DNA of 64,000 nucleotides from a virus: IMG/VR virus record IMGVR_UViG_3300027976_000033; one strand, 5' to 3'. Shown piece by piece: positions 56,320 to 64,000 of this stretch (position 1 is its first letter; each line of letters starts with the position of its first letter). The notes under the pieces were generated by a model. It saw only the letters and a program-made list of their open reading frames with translations, ran no database searches and was not told where the DNA came from. The position numbers and the translations under genes were made by a program.

Positions 56320-56514
56320 ATGGAACACAATAGCGCGTCATACGCAATAGGATGTCGTTTCGGAATAAATGAAGATGAAGAACTAGATTTGTTCTTTGTT
56401 AAATTTAAAACAAACGATGAAAAATTAGCACTTAAATTAGCCATATGTGTTTGTGGTCCGGAGGCAGCTGACAAAACATTAGTAATTTTAGATAAGAATG
56501 GTAAAATATGGTAA
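56320..56514 (+). CDS. hypothetical protein
   Basis: ORF. Confidence 0.4.
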   Translation: MEHNSASYAIGCRFGINEDEELDLFFVKFKTNDEKLALKLAICVCGPEAADKTLVILDKNGKIW

Positions 56515-57203
56515 AGAGTTTTAAAACATTTACAGAAGAGCTTATACCAAAGTTGCATACGCAATATGGTTCTAATCCTGGTGGTATACATACAGATTCT
56601 GAATCTGGAAAGAAGTATTATCTAAAACATTACGATCATCCAGATAGAGCAAAAGTAGAAGCTCTTACTGGTAAGTTGTATGATCATATGGGTATACATA
56701 CAGCTAATGCAGATATGCACGGAGAGGACGGGATTAAGTCAGAGTGGAATGACCATCTTAAAACTAAACACCCTTCATTCTATGATAAACCGTCGCCTAA
56801 GCATGCTCTTCAACTTTCTAGAATGTATCATGCTGCAGTTCTCACTAAGAATTGGGATATTGTCGGTCTAGAGCATGATAATGTTATGCATAACGAAAAG
56901 ACTGATGATTTACATTCTATAGATCATGGTGGCTCTTTTCGTTATAGGGCACAAGGTGCTCATAAAGATTATGGGCCAGACATTGGTGAAAAGAAAAGTC
57001 TTTTAGATAAATCAACACCCGCCGGATCGGTTTTCAGTGCTGCATTTAAGCAGCATCCGACTGCAGAAGAAGCTGGTAAAAACGAGCTTAAGAGCGCAAT
57101 AGATGATGGTCACGTCCACTCACTATTCAAGAACTCCGGTCTGCATGACTGGAAAGATCTCCACAAGAACTTTGTGGAACGAAAGAAAAAACTCCTAGAC
57201 TGA
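56508..57203 (+). CDS. His-rich hypothetical protein
   Basis: ORF. Confidence 0.5.
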   Translation: MVKSFKTFTEELIPKLHTQYGSNPGGIHTDSESGKKYYLKHYDHPDRAKVEALTGKLYDHMGIHTANADMHGEDGIKSEWNDHLKTKHPSFYDKPSPKHALQLSRMYHAAVLTKNWDIVGLEHDNVMHNEKTDDLHSIDHGGSFRYRAQGAHKDYGPDIGEKKSLLDKSTPAGSVFSAAFKQHPTAEEAGKNELKSAIDDGHVHSLFKNSGLHDWKDLHKNFVERKKKLLD

Positions 57204-57232
57204 AAATAAATTGCAATAAACGCAATTAACAG

Positions 57233-57261
57233 TTGACAGGGTTGTCAAACTATGTTATAAT
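57233..57261 (+). promoter_or_regulatory. perfect sigma70 consensus promoter TTGACA-N17-TATAAT with palindromic -35 region
   Basis: ttgacagggttgtcaaactatgttataat; ttgacaGGGttgtcaa is an inverted repeat. Confidence 0.6.
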
Positions 57262-57320
57262 ACTATTAAGTCCTACAGATGTATTAGCAGATGGTTATTA
57301 GGATATCAGTAGTAGAGGAT

Positions 57321-57674
57321 ATGATTATGTGGATTTGTTTAAACAATGGTTATTTGTCAGCAGTACAGTCTGAAGATAATTATGAAGTCTTGGTAGTACG
57401 AGCAAGAGCTAGATCACACTTAGAGGATAACTTTCCAGAGCATGATATCATTGACTGGGAAGGTACTGATTATCTATTCCGTATCTATATTACTAAGATT
57501 GAGTTTGCAGAGTTTCTATTTGATAAAGCTCTTGCAATAGAATATGATAACTTCAAGAATAGTGTAACCGATAAGAAATTACATAATATGTATGTTTCAT
57601 TCTGGAATGCTGCTTATCGGACATTCGGTGGAAAACTCTTTGATAGATATAGGAATAATTACTCTTCTAAGTAG
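57321..57674 (+). CDS. hypothetical protein
   Basis: RBS AGAGGA. Confidence 0.45.
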   Translation: MIMWICLNNGYLSAVQSEDNYEVLVVRARARSHLEDNFPEHDIIDWEGTDYLFRIYITKIEFAEFLFDKALAIEYDNFKNSVTDKKLHNMYVSFWNAAYRTFGGKLFDRYRNNYSSK

Positions 57675-58402
57675 TGAGCTTTCCAGACATAATGATGAGC
57701 ATCATGATCTCCAACTCTACCCTTACCGTCTCGATGCTTTATTATTGTAGGCTTTGGTTCAATTTTTAATTTAGAACCTCTTTTCATTAGAAATTCTTTT
57801 TCATGCTGATTGGCAGATATTAGTGCTACATATGCTCCAGGACTTTGATCCTTCTTCAAATGGATATGAAGAGAGTGAGTAGCATTTCCTTTGCCGCTTG
57901 TCCCAACTTCTGAAAACTCTTTAGCCTGATCTTGGTCTAATGATGTTGAAGTATATGCGGGCAAATGGATGTGTCTATCAGGATGTTTATAAGATTCCAT
58001 TCCTGGATGCCACCCATTCAAGCCATGATACACATGAGTATCTTCATGTAGTGGTGGAGCCTTATTAAGATAATCATCTAATCCGCGTATTTTATGCTCG
58101 TGATAACTCATAGAATCTTTGTTATCTTCTATAAGCGCATTGTTTACTCCAGTAGAATCTAGACTATAGTTAAAAACATGCATGTTCAAATTTTCATCTG
58201 AATGCTTTTTGTAATGATTACTTAAAGAATTATGATTACTTTCTTTAATAGTATTTCGACCCTTAGCATGTTTTCCATGTACTGGGATTGCTGTTATGGT
58301 AATAGCTTTAGTTTTCTTAACTAATGCTTTGAATCTTTTAAGTTTAATTTTACGAATTTTACTTATCATCATGTTGTCCTTCAATAGATGCATGCCAAAC
58401 AT
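57659..58402 (-). CDS. ADP-ribosyltransferase-like protein (R-S-E class fold, Alt/ModA/ModB-like)
   Basis: AYTSTS (STS motif) and EKEFLMKRGSKLKI (ExE ARTT-loop motif; compare iota toxin EYEVLLNHGSKFKI); first motif reads VYHG instead of VYRG; N-terminal PVHGKHAK motif. Confidence 0.55.
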   Translation of the reverse strand: MFGMHLLKDNMMISKIRKIKLKRFKALVKKTKAITITAIPVHGKHAKGRNTIKESNHNSLSNHYKKHSDENLNMHVFNYSLDSTGVNNALIEDNKDSMSYHEHKIRGLDDYLNKAPPLHEDTHVYHGLNGWHPGMESYKHPDRHIHLPAYTSTSLDQDQAKEFSEVGTSGKGNATHSLHIHLKKDQSPGAYVALISANQHEKEFLMKRGSKLKIEPKPTIIKHRDGKGRVGDHDAHHYVWKAHYLEE

Positions 58403-59336
58403 AAGTTGTTCTTCTGTTATTACTATCGCGCTTTAATTCATGAGAATTATGTAGAACAGTTGGAGTTGGATGTATTTTTAAATTAGTGCCGCGGTGAATT
58501 AACATTTCACTTTCTTCTGGATAGAGAGAATTCTTTCCTAGATACACTGCTTTATGTTCCGGCTTAACATGAATCTTTAAGACGTGTTTAACATAATCCG
58601 ACCTACCAGTCATTCTTAGTGGTGTTTTCTCTGCTACATTTGATAACCACTTAGGTTTTTTCTCTACTTCATTTGCAAAGCCAGCGGCTACCCCACCATT
58701 TATAGATGATGAAGTATATGCCGGCATGTGTATCAATCTTTCGGGATGTTTAGCAGCTTCTTTCCCTGGGTGCCAAAAACCACATCCATGAAATGCATAC
58801 ACGTCATGTTTTCTTTTAGCCTTGTGATCAAAGGCACTATCGATATTTTTAATACCAGCTTTAGTGTTCTCAATTTTTCTTACTTTTTCTAATGCAACGC
58901 TATGTTTCCAACTATCTGGATTCATATGATCGTGAATCTCGTGGTTACCATATTTTTTAATTAGTGCGGTGTGCTCGTCAGAAAGATGCGCATTATGTCC
59001 TACACCTTTAGCTCTATCTATTAAATAATTATTAATATCTCTAGAATTATCAGTGTAATTTCTTAGACCAGACTGTCCTGTCTTTGAAACATGTTTTTCA
59101 AAGTTTTGATCTTGTGTCATCGCTTCATGGGCGGCTTCGACATCGGCTCCAATATGTTTATTGGCATTTATTGTTGAATTCAGATGATCGAGAACATGCT
59201 TAACCTGAGTAGCTTCTTTAATCTCTTTAGGTTTTTCTTTTGATGCATCATGTTTAGCGTGTGAACCATGAACAGGTTCAGCATCTATCAAAATGGGTTT
59301 TATTTTCTTTTTAATAAAAAATTTAAATTTTTGCAT
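58359..59336 (-). CDS. ADP-ribosyltransferase-like protein, paralog
   Basis: AYTSSS and ESEMLIHRGTNLKI; N-terminal ...LIDAEPVHGSHAK motif nearly identical at nucleotide level to the RnlA N-terminus. Confidence 0.6.
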   Translation of the reverse strand: MQKFKFFIKKKIKPILIDAEPVHGSHAKHDASKEKPKEIKEATQVKHVLDHLNSTINANKHIGADVEAAHEAMTQDQNFEKHVSKTGQSGLRNYTDNSRDINNYLIDRAKGVGHNAHLSDEHTALIKKYGNHEIHDHMNPDSWKHSVALEKVRKIENTKAGIKNIDSAFDHKAKRKHDVYAFHGCGFWHPGKEAAKHPERLIHMPAYTSSSINGGVAAGFANEVEKKPKWLSNVAEKTPLRMTGRSDYVKHVLKIHVKPEHKAVYLGKNSLYPEESEMLIHRGTNLKIHPTPTVLHNSHELKRDSNNRRTTYVWHASIEGQHDDK

Positions 59337-59402
59337 TTTTTCTTTTCCTATTTACATTATTTATTATTTATGATATATAAAGATTATGAAATGGAGAATC
59401 CT

Positions 59403-59834
59403 ATGAAATTCTTTTCGAAATTCAAAAAAACACCGCCAGCTGCACCCATCTCAGCTATGAATGTATTATGTGAGATGGTTATCTCTCGCATGGAAAAAGT
59501 TGGGTTTGTGGGGTTATGTGATACAGCGCCGCCAGAATGGGGACACGCCACGATCAGATGGACCGATTCAGACAAACGCAATAACTTGTCTGCTATGATA
59601 GAGATAACTGGTTACGCCTCCCCACACGAAAAATTTGAGATAAAATCTATTAAATGCAAAAATCAACATCTCATCTTCAAATGGAAAGAAATGATACATT
59701 ATAGTGATAAAATTAGTCTAATTGCCGATGCTGAAAGAAAAATCAAGCGCGAAAAGTCAAGGCAAGAAGAGATAGAGAAAAACTTCAAACGAGAAGAAGC
59801 AGCTTTAAAAATGATTGAAAGTTTTATAGAATGA
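59403..59834 (+). CDS. hypothetical protein
   Basis: RBS GGAGAA; divergent from the ART genes. Confidence 0.45.
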   Translation: MKFFSKFKKTPPAAPISAMNVLCEMVISRMEKVGFVGLCDTAPPEWGHATIRWTDSDKRNNLSAMIEITGYASPHEKFEIKSIKCKNQHLIFKWKEMIHYSDKISLIADAERKIKREKSRQEEIEKNFKREEAALKMIESFIE

Positions 59835-60118
59835 CTATTGCACTTCCAACAAAATATAGCAAATTGTCTGGTAAGGAGCGAGCTACTGTCCGGCAACTCT
59901 ATAAGATACAACAGAATCACAAGTGCATGTTTTGTCATGAGCCATTAGATATGTCACCGCCAAAGAGTGTTACTGATAAAAAGATCAATTGGAAACTATT
60001 TCCACTTGGATTTCTAAATTCACCAATTCATCTGCAACACAATCATGATAATGATTATACTGAAGGCGCTGTTCATGCTTATTGTAATGCTGTTCTTTGG
60101 CAGTATCACGGGAGATAA
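59831..60118 (+). CDS. zinc-binding HNH/EndoVII-like nuclease-fold protein, putative
   Basis: CMFCHE ... HLQHNHDND ... HAYCN. Confidence 0.35.
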   Translation: MTIALPTKYSKLSGKERATVRQLYKIQQNHKCMFCHEPLDMSPPKSVTDKKINWKLFPLGFLNSPIHLQHNHDNDYTEGAVHAYCNAVLWQYHGR

Positions 60119-60121
60119 ATT

Positions 60122-60631
60122 ATGGACGCTTATTATGAAGATTCTGCCTCTTCTACATTTGTAGTTGAATATACGTCACCCTATTATGAAGTAGACGATG
60201 AACCAGAAGTAGAAACAATAAATCCACTTGCATTCTGGTTATATCCAAATTGGACAGGTTCTCCTAAAATATGTTTTTGGATGAATGATCCAATTCTTCC
60301 ACCAGGTCCTCCAAGAATTGTGGATAAAATTCATACTTCGAAAATGCCTGATGTGGTTATAATTACGACAAAAAATTTCAAACCACTTAAAGATAAAAAA
60401 CATGATCATCAATTCTACAAAGGATTTTTGATATTGTGTAAGACGGATTATAACACATCATCTACTATGAAACTGCTCACTTGGGGCAAAGACCCTCGAG
60501 AAGGCAAAGAAGAATATGGCGATTATGAAGGTGAATTCATTTTAAAATTTACTGGACAATGGGGTGAAAATAGATCTCGAGAACCAGCCTGGATTAAACA
60601 TTGTGATAAAATGAAACACAAATACAGTTGA
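60122..60631 (+). CDS. hypothetical protein
   Basis: ORF. Confidence 0.45.
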   Translation: MDAYYEDSASSTFVVEYTSPYYEVDDEPEVETINPLAFWLYPNWTGSPKICFWMNDPILPPGPPRIVDKIHTSKMPDVVIITTKNFKPLKDKKHDHQFYKGFLILCKTDYNTSSTMKLLTWGKDPREGKEEYGDYEGEFILKFTGQWGENRSREPAWIKHCDKMKHKYS

Positions 60632-60651
60632 CAAATAATGGGAAATATATT

Positions 60652-61167
60652 ATGAGCTTATATAACGCGCTTTTTGGTGTAAATAATTTGGCACCACTTG
60701 TATTAAATGCATTAAATTTAACCGGTAATGATGTACCACGTATTCGTGATGCTTATCTAGATATCGAAACCGACGAGTTGGTTATCTATACTAGAACAGG
60801 TGGTGGTAATCGTGATTACTACGAAAACAAAGATCGTAGAATTGCAGAGTATGGTGATAGCAATATTGAAGGTCCATACAATGAAGATCTTCAAAATCGC
60901 GCTAATTATCTTCGTGATGAGGATGATGATTACGATAGTACATATGCATTATTTTACTTCTCAATCCCTGAGGAGTTCAAACCAATTTTTCAAACACTTA
61001 AAGAATTAAACATCAGTGGCGGAAATCCTCAGGATAAGTTTCAAAAACTTATCTCCGATCTGGAGAGCGGTAAAAACACTCCAGAAACCGAACGAGCTTT
61101 GAATGTAGGTAAACAACTACTACAAGGAATAGAAAACAAACTTAATGAAAAGGCGAATAATATATGA
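60652..61167 (+). CDS. hypothetical protein
   Basis: first ATG in frame. Confidence 0.45.
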   Translation: MSLYNALFGVNNLAPLVLNALNLTGNDVPRIRDAYLDIETDELVIYTRTGGGNRDYYENKDRRIAEYGDSNIEGPYNEDLQNRANYLRDEDDDYDSTYALFYFSIPEEFKPIFQTLKELNISGGNPQDKFQKLISDLESGKNTPETERALNVGKQLLQGIENKLNEKANNI

Positions 61168-62633
61168 CATTTCTAACACTACTTGGCGCTGTAATTGCAG
61201 CATGCATTTTTGGTATTGGTATCTTCCTCGCGCTTATTTGGCGTAAAGTTGTTCCAACGAACCAAGTACATATCGTTCAATACCGTAAAAAGACTATTAT
61301 TCACGGTGTAGGACATGACGGTGGTAACGTTTACTACAAAATTCCAGCATCAATTCCACGGTTTGGTATTACCGTAACTGAATATCCACTATCGGTTTTT
61401 GCTATTAGTCTAACAAACTATTCGGCATATGATATTGGACGTCTTCCATTCGTTGTTGATGTTACTGCATTCTTTCGCATTGAAAAACCAAATATGGCAG
61501 CAGAACGTGTAGCAAACTTTAATGAATTGAATGGTCAGCTTACTGAAGTTCTCGAAGGTACAGTACGTCGTGTATTGGCTACTAATAAACTCGAGGAAAT
61601 CATGGAAGACCGCGCTAAACTTGGTGAAGAATTTACCAACGAAGTCGTTGCGCAACTTGGTGAATGGGGTGTTACCACAGTGAAAATGATCGAATTCATG
61701 GATATTCGTGACACCGATAGTTCATCTGTTATCTCTGATATCATGGCTAAAGAACAATCACGTATCTCGCGTGAAAGTCGTGAAACAGTTGCTGGTAATA
61801 ACCAAGTTGCTGAAACCAAGGAAATTGAAGCTAATCGCGCTGTTGAAATGTCACGGATCGAAGCTGAAGCTACTGTTGGTAAGCGTGAAGCTGAAAAGAA
61901 CCAGTCTGTTGGTATCGCTAAGGAAAAGTCTAACCAGGAAGTTCAGACTGAAGCCAAGGTTACTACCGAACGCACCATGGCTGTTCGTTTGGTTGAAGGT
62001 GTTCGACAGGCTGAAATCGACCGCGACGTTGCGGTTGTTAGAGCTGAACAGGACCAAAAGGTTCAGGTTGTTGATGCTCAAGCTATGAAAGAGTCTCAGA
62101 TTATCCGAGCAGAAGCTGAAAGGGAATCTACCATTCAAATTGCTGAAGGTGCGAAACAGTCTACTCTTAAGGAGGCTGAAGGTGTTCTTGCTCTTGGTAG
62201 TGCAAGGGCCGATGCTGAAAAGCAAATGCTACTGGCTCCGGTTAATGCTCAAATTACTTTGGCTACTGAAATCGGCTCTAACGAAGGGTATCAACAGTAC
62301 CTTATCGAAGTACGCCGAGTTGAAGCTACCGAAGTTGTTGGTAAGGAAATGGCAACCGCTATGTCTAAGGCTGATCTGAAAGTCATCGCGAACTCTGGTA
62401 ATGTACAGAACGGTATGGGTGGATTGGCTGATGTATTTACTTCAGCTGGCGGAACATCTATCGCTGGTATGTTGGAAGGACTGGCTCAATCTGATAAGGG
62501 TAAAGCACTAGTCGATAAGTTGATCGGCTCGACGACTCAACCTGAAAAGAAAGAGAATACTCAAGGTTCTCCAATTCGTAAACCATCTGTTGTAGATGAT
62601 GCGGTTAGTGCCACAAGAAAAATTGGTAAGTAA
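61164..62633 (+). CDS. SPFH/band-7 (flotillin/YqiK-like) membrane protein
   Basis: N-terminal TM helix, SPFH domain, long Glu/Ala-rich coiled-coil flotillin-type tail. Confidence 0.7.
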   Translation: MTFLTLLGAVIAACIFGIGIFLALIWRKVVPTNQVHIVQYRKKTIIHGVGHDGGNVYYKIPASIPRFGITVTEYPLSVFAISLTNYSAYDIGRLPFVVDVTAFFRIEKPNMAAERVANFNELNGQLTEVLEGTVRRVLATNKLEEIMEDRAKLGEEFTNEVVAQLGEWGVTTVKMIEFMDIRDTDSSSVISDIMAKEQSRISRESRETVAGNNQVAETKEIEANRAVEMSRIEAEATVGKREAEKNQSVGIAKEKSNQEVQTEAKVTTERTMAVRLVEGVRQAEIDRDVAVVRAEQDQKVQVVDAQAMKESQIIRAEAERESTIQIAEGAKQSTLKEAEGVLALGSARADAEKQMLLAPVNAQITLATEIGSNEGYQQYLIEVRRVEATEVVGKEMATAMSKADLKVIANSGNVQNGMGGLADVFTSAGGTSIAGMLEGLAQSDKGKALVDKLIGSTTQPEKKENTQGSPIRKPSVVDDAVSATRKIGK

Positions 62634-62646
62634 TAATTAATCTAAG

Positions 62647-62674
62647 AGAGGGGGCTTCGGTCCCCTCTTTTTTT
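62647..62674 (+). terminator. rho-independent terminator
   Basis: agagggggcttcggtcccctct then T7 run. Confidence 0.75.
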
Positions 62675-62675
62675 G

Positions 62676-62704
62676 TTGACATTCTTTTAGAAATAGTATA
62701 TAAG
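62676..62704 (+). promoter_or_regulatory. early promoter (TTGACA-N17-TATAAG)
   Basis: gttgacattcttttagaaatagtatataag. Confidence 0.6.
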
Positions 62705-62798
62705 AACATATGATGAAAATAATATCACACAATCATAGAACCCTTCAAATGGGCTTTACACATTATATTATTGGTAAGCGAACTATTGCACGGACCGC

Positions 62799-63236
62799 TT
62801 GGGTATTGAGTGGGAAGAAACCATCGAAGAAACATTCCCCATCTTTGTTTGGGAAAAAGATATGTCTATTGATGTCGAAATATTCGATGAGATTTTCACG
62901 TTTATTCATCCAGATAATGAAGATTTCTGGGGAGTTGGTGGTATTGTTGCTTTCAATGAAAAGTTGAAACATAACAATTCTAATAAAACACCAATGATTT
63001 GTGCTGATGGTAGTGTATTAGATTTCGATTCTAATGGTGAAGCAGTTCAACCACTTATCATATTTCAACTTTCACGATTGATTGAAGAAGGTAAAACACT
63101 AATGGCACATGTTGTTGTTGAACTTGGTGTGTTTGATTCTGTTGGACAGGCAAAGAAAAACGGTTGGAATAGACCTGTAGAACTTGGTGAATTTGAACTT
63201 AAGAAAAAACATATAAAGTTTACTATTGATGCTTGA
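62799..63236 (+). CDS. hypothetical acidic protein (start uncertain; non-ATG or internal ATG 62862)
   Basis: protein-like frame; the promoter-proximal ATG frame (62710) looks non-coding. Confidence 0.4.
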   Translation: MGIEWEETIEETFPIFVWEKDMSIDVEIFDEIFTFIHPDNEDFWGVGGIVAFNEKLKHNNSNKTPMICADGSVLDFDSNGEAVQPLIIFQLSRLIEEGKTLMAHVVVELGVFDSVGQAKKNGWNRPVELGEFELKKKHIKFTIDA

Positions 63237-63663
63237 TAATTTGAAACACTTTGGAATAACCGCAACACAACGCGGCCTAACCAATCTTCAACTTGAAGTA
63301 GCAGAATCTATTTTTTCTACTTTAGCTGAAAGGGGTTATGGTTGGCAACACAATGGCGATTGCATTGGTGGTGATGCTCAACTTGGAGATATATGGGTCC
63401 AGTATGGAAAAATATATCTCCATCCTCCAATTGCATCCAATAAGAGAGCATTCCTAGCTTCGGCTGTAGCTGATGTTCCACTTGATTATCTCGCTAGAAA
63501 TAAAGAAATTGTGAAAGCCAGTAGCGGCATATTTGCATTTCCTGCTGAAATGACTGAACAATTAAGATCGGGAACGTGGTCTACTGTACGATTTGCAATA
63601 AAGACTTCAAAGCCGGTAGTGATTATTCTACCTACCGGTGAAAGAATATTTGGTAATGCTTGA
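63226..63663 (+). CDS. hypothetical protein (Rossmann/SLOG-like?)
   Basis: ORF. Confidence 0.4.
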   Translation: MMLDNLKHFGITATQRGLTNLQLEVAESIFSTLAERGYGWQHNGDCIGGDAQLGDIWVQYGKIYLHPPIASNKRAFLASAVADVPLDYLARNKEIVKASSGIFAFPAEMTEQLRSGTWSTVRFAIKTSKPVVIILPTGERIFGNA

Positions 63664-63721
63664 TTATTTGAAATCACTGAATGTTGAACTTCCTAGAACT
63701 ACAAATGTTCTAAATTAACAG

Positions 63722-63750
63722 TTGACACTACTAGAATATTAGTATAAATA
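63722..63750 (+). promoter_or_regulatory. promoter: TTGACA -35 plus TATAAATA (early/late overlap)
   Basis: gttgacactactagaatattagtataaata. Confidence 0.45.
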
Positions 63751-63771
63751 TAACATATTGGATAGACCGAT

Positions 63772-64000
63772 ATGCTACATCTCAAAGGAGTTTTGAGGCA
63801 TGATAAACAATACGGCAATGAACCCCTAGATTTAGGGTTTGTAGATTTTAAAGCCAATGAAATGATGGCATATTTGTATCCATCGGCGACCGCGTTTAAC
63901 CGGTTGGAGACACCAGAGCATTATACAGCCGATGACGAACATTATGGGGATTTAGAAAACATGGCGAAACCCTTCACCATATTGGTAACCGGCGGGGCCG
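63772..64000 (+). CDS. partial CDS; C-terminal visible part has Rossmann NAD(P)-binding motif (ILVTGGA)
   Basis: open to window end. Confidence 0.3.
   Translation, partial: MLHLKGVLRHDKQYGNEPLDLGFVDFKANEMMAYLYPSATAFNRLETPEHYTADDEHYGDLENMAKPFTILVTGGA

Noticed and set aside
4334-62704. possibility that the about 40-bp repeated elements form a CRISPR array
   Set aside because: Copies are kb apart, irregularly spaced, all immediately upstream of start codons and match TTGACA-N17-TATAAG, so they are promoters and not CRISPR repeats.
62710-62967. promoter-proximal ATG ORF (85 aa)
   Set aside because: Its translation is basic and low-complexity and it overlaps the protein-like frame 62799-63236; kept only as an uncertainty about that gene's start.

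Overview
This 64 kb window is from an AT-rich T4-like myovirus and covers the DNA replication and recombination module interleaved with accessory blocks. The window has an unusually high load of homing endonuclease genes and inteins. T4-type core genes found are: gp44 and gp62 clamp loader, regA, gp43 DNA polymerase, uvsX, gp41 helicase, gp61 primase, nrdA, nrdB, rnh and phoH. Three of these essential replication genes are fractured by four split inteins. Gene 44 is cut after its Walker B box by a split intein whose halves are separated by a GIY-YIG homing endonuclease gene. Gene 41 is cut twice: in its P-loop by an atypical split intein (15-aa N half, 128-aa C half) with an opposite-strand HNH endonuclease gene between the halves, and a second time by a classical split intein whose halves are translationally coupled. 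nrdA is cut at its catalytic NLC motif by a split intein with a 148-bp spacer and no endonuclease gene. A large accessory block is inserted between regA and gene 43 (not the T4 order). This accessory block contains an RNA-repair module (Rnl1 RNA ligase, Pnk-type kinase, metallophosphoesterase), a SpoT-type (p)ppGpp hydrolase, Hsp20, an Lom/OmpX-like outer-membrane beta-barrel and a GH19 endolysin. It also carries four paralogous MORN-repeat genes, each behind a copy of a near-identical sigma70-type early promoter (TTGACA-N17-TATAAG) that recurs about 13 times in the window. Further accessory genes are two tandem ADP-ribosyltransferase-like genes, a GC-rich island with internal direct repeats, a spanin pair, GuaC, ThyX, SAM decarboxylase, glutaredoxin, a GT4 glycosyltransferase, an SPFH/flotillin homolog and several Lys/His-rich candidate virion-internal proteins. 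No rRNA, tRNA or CRISPR array was found.
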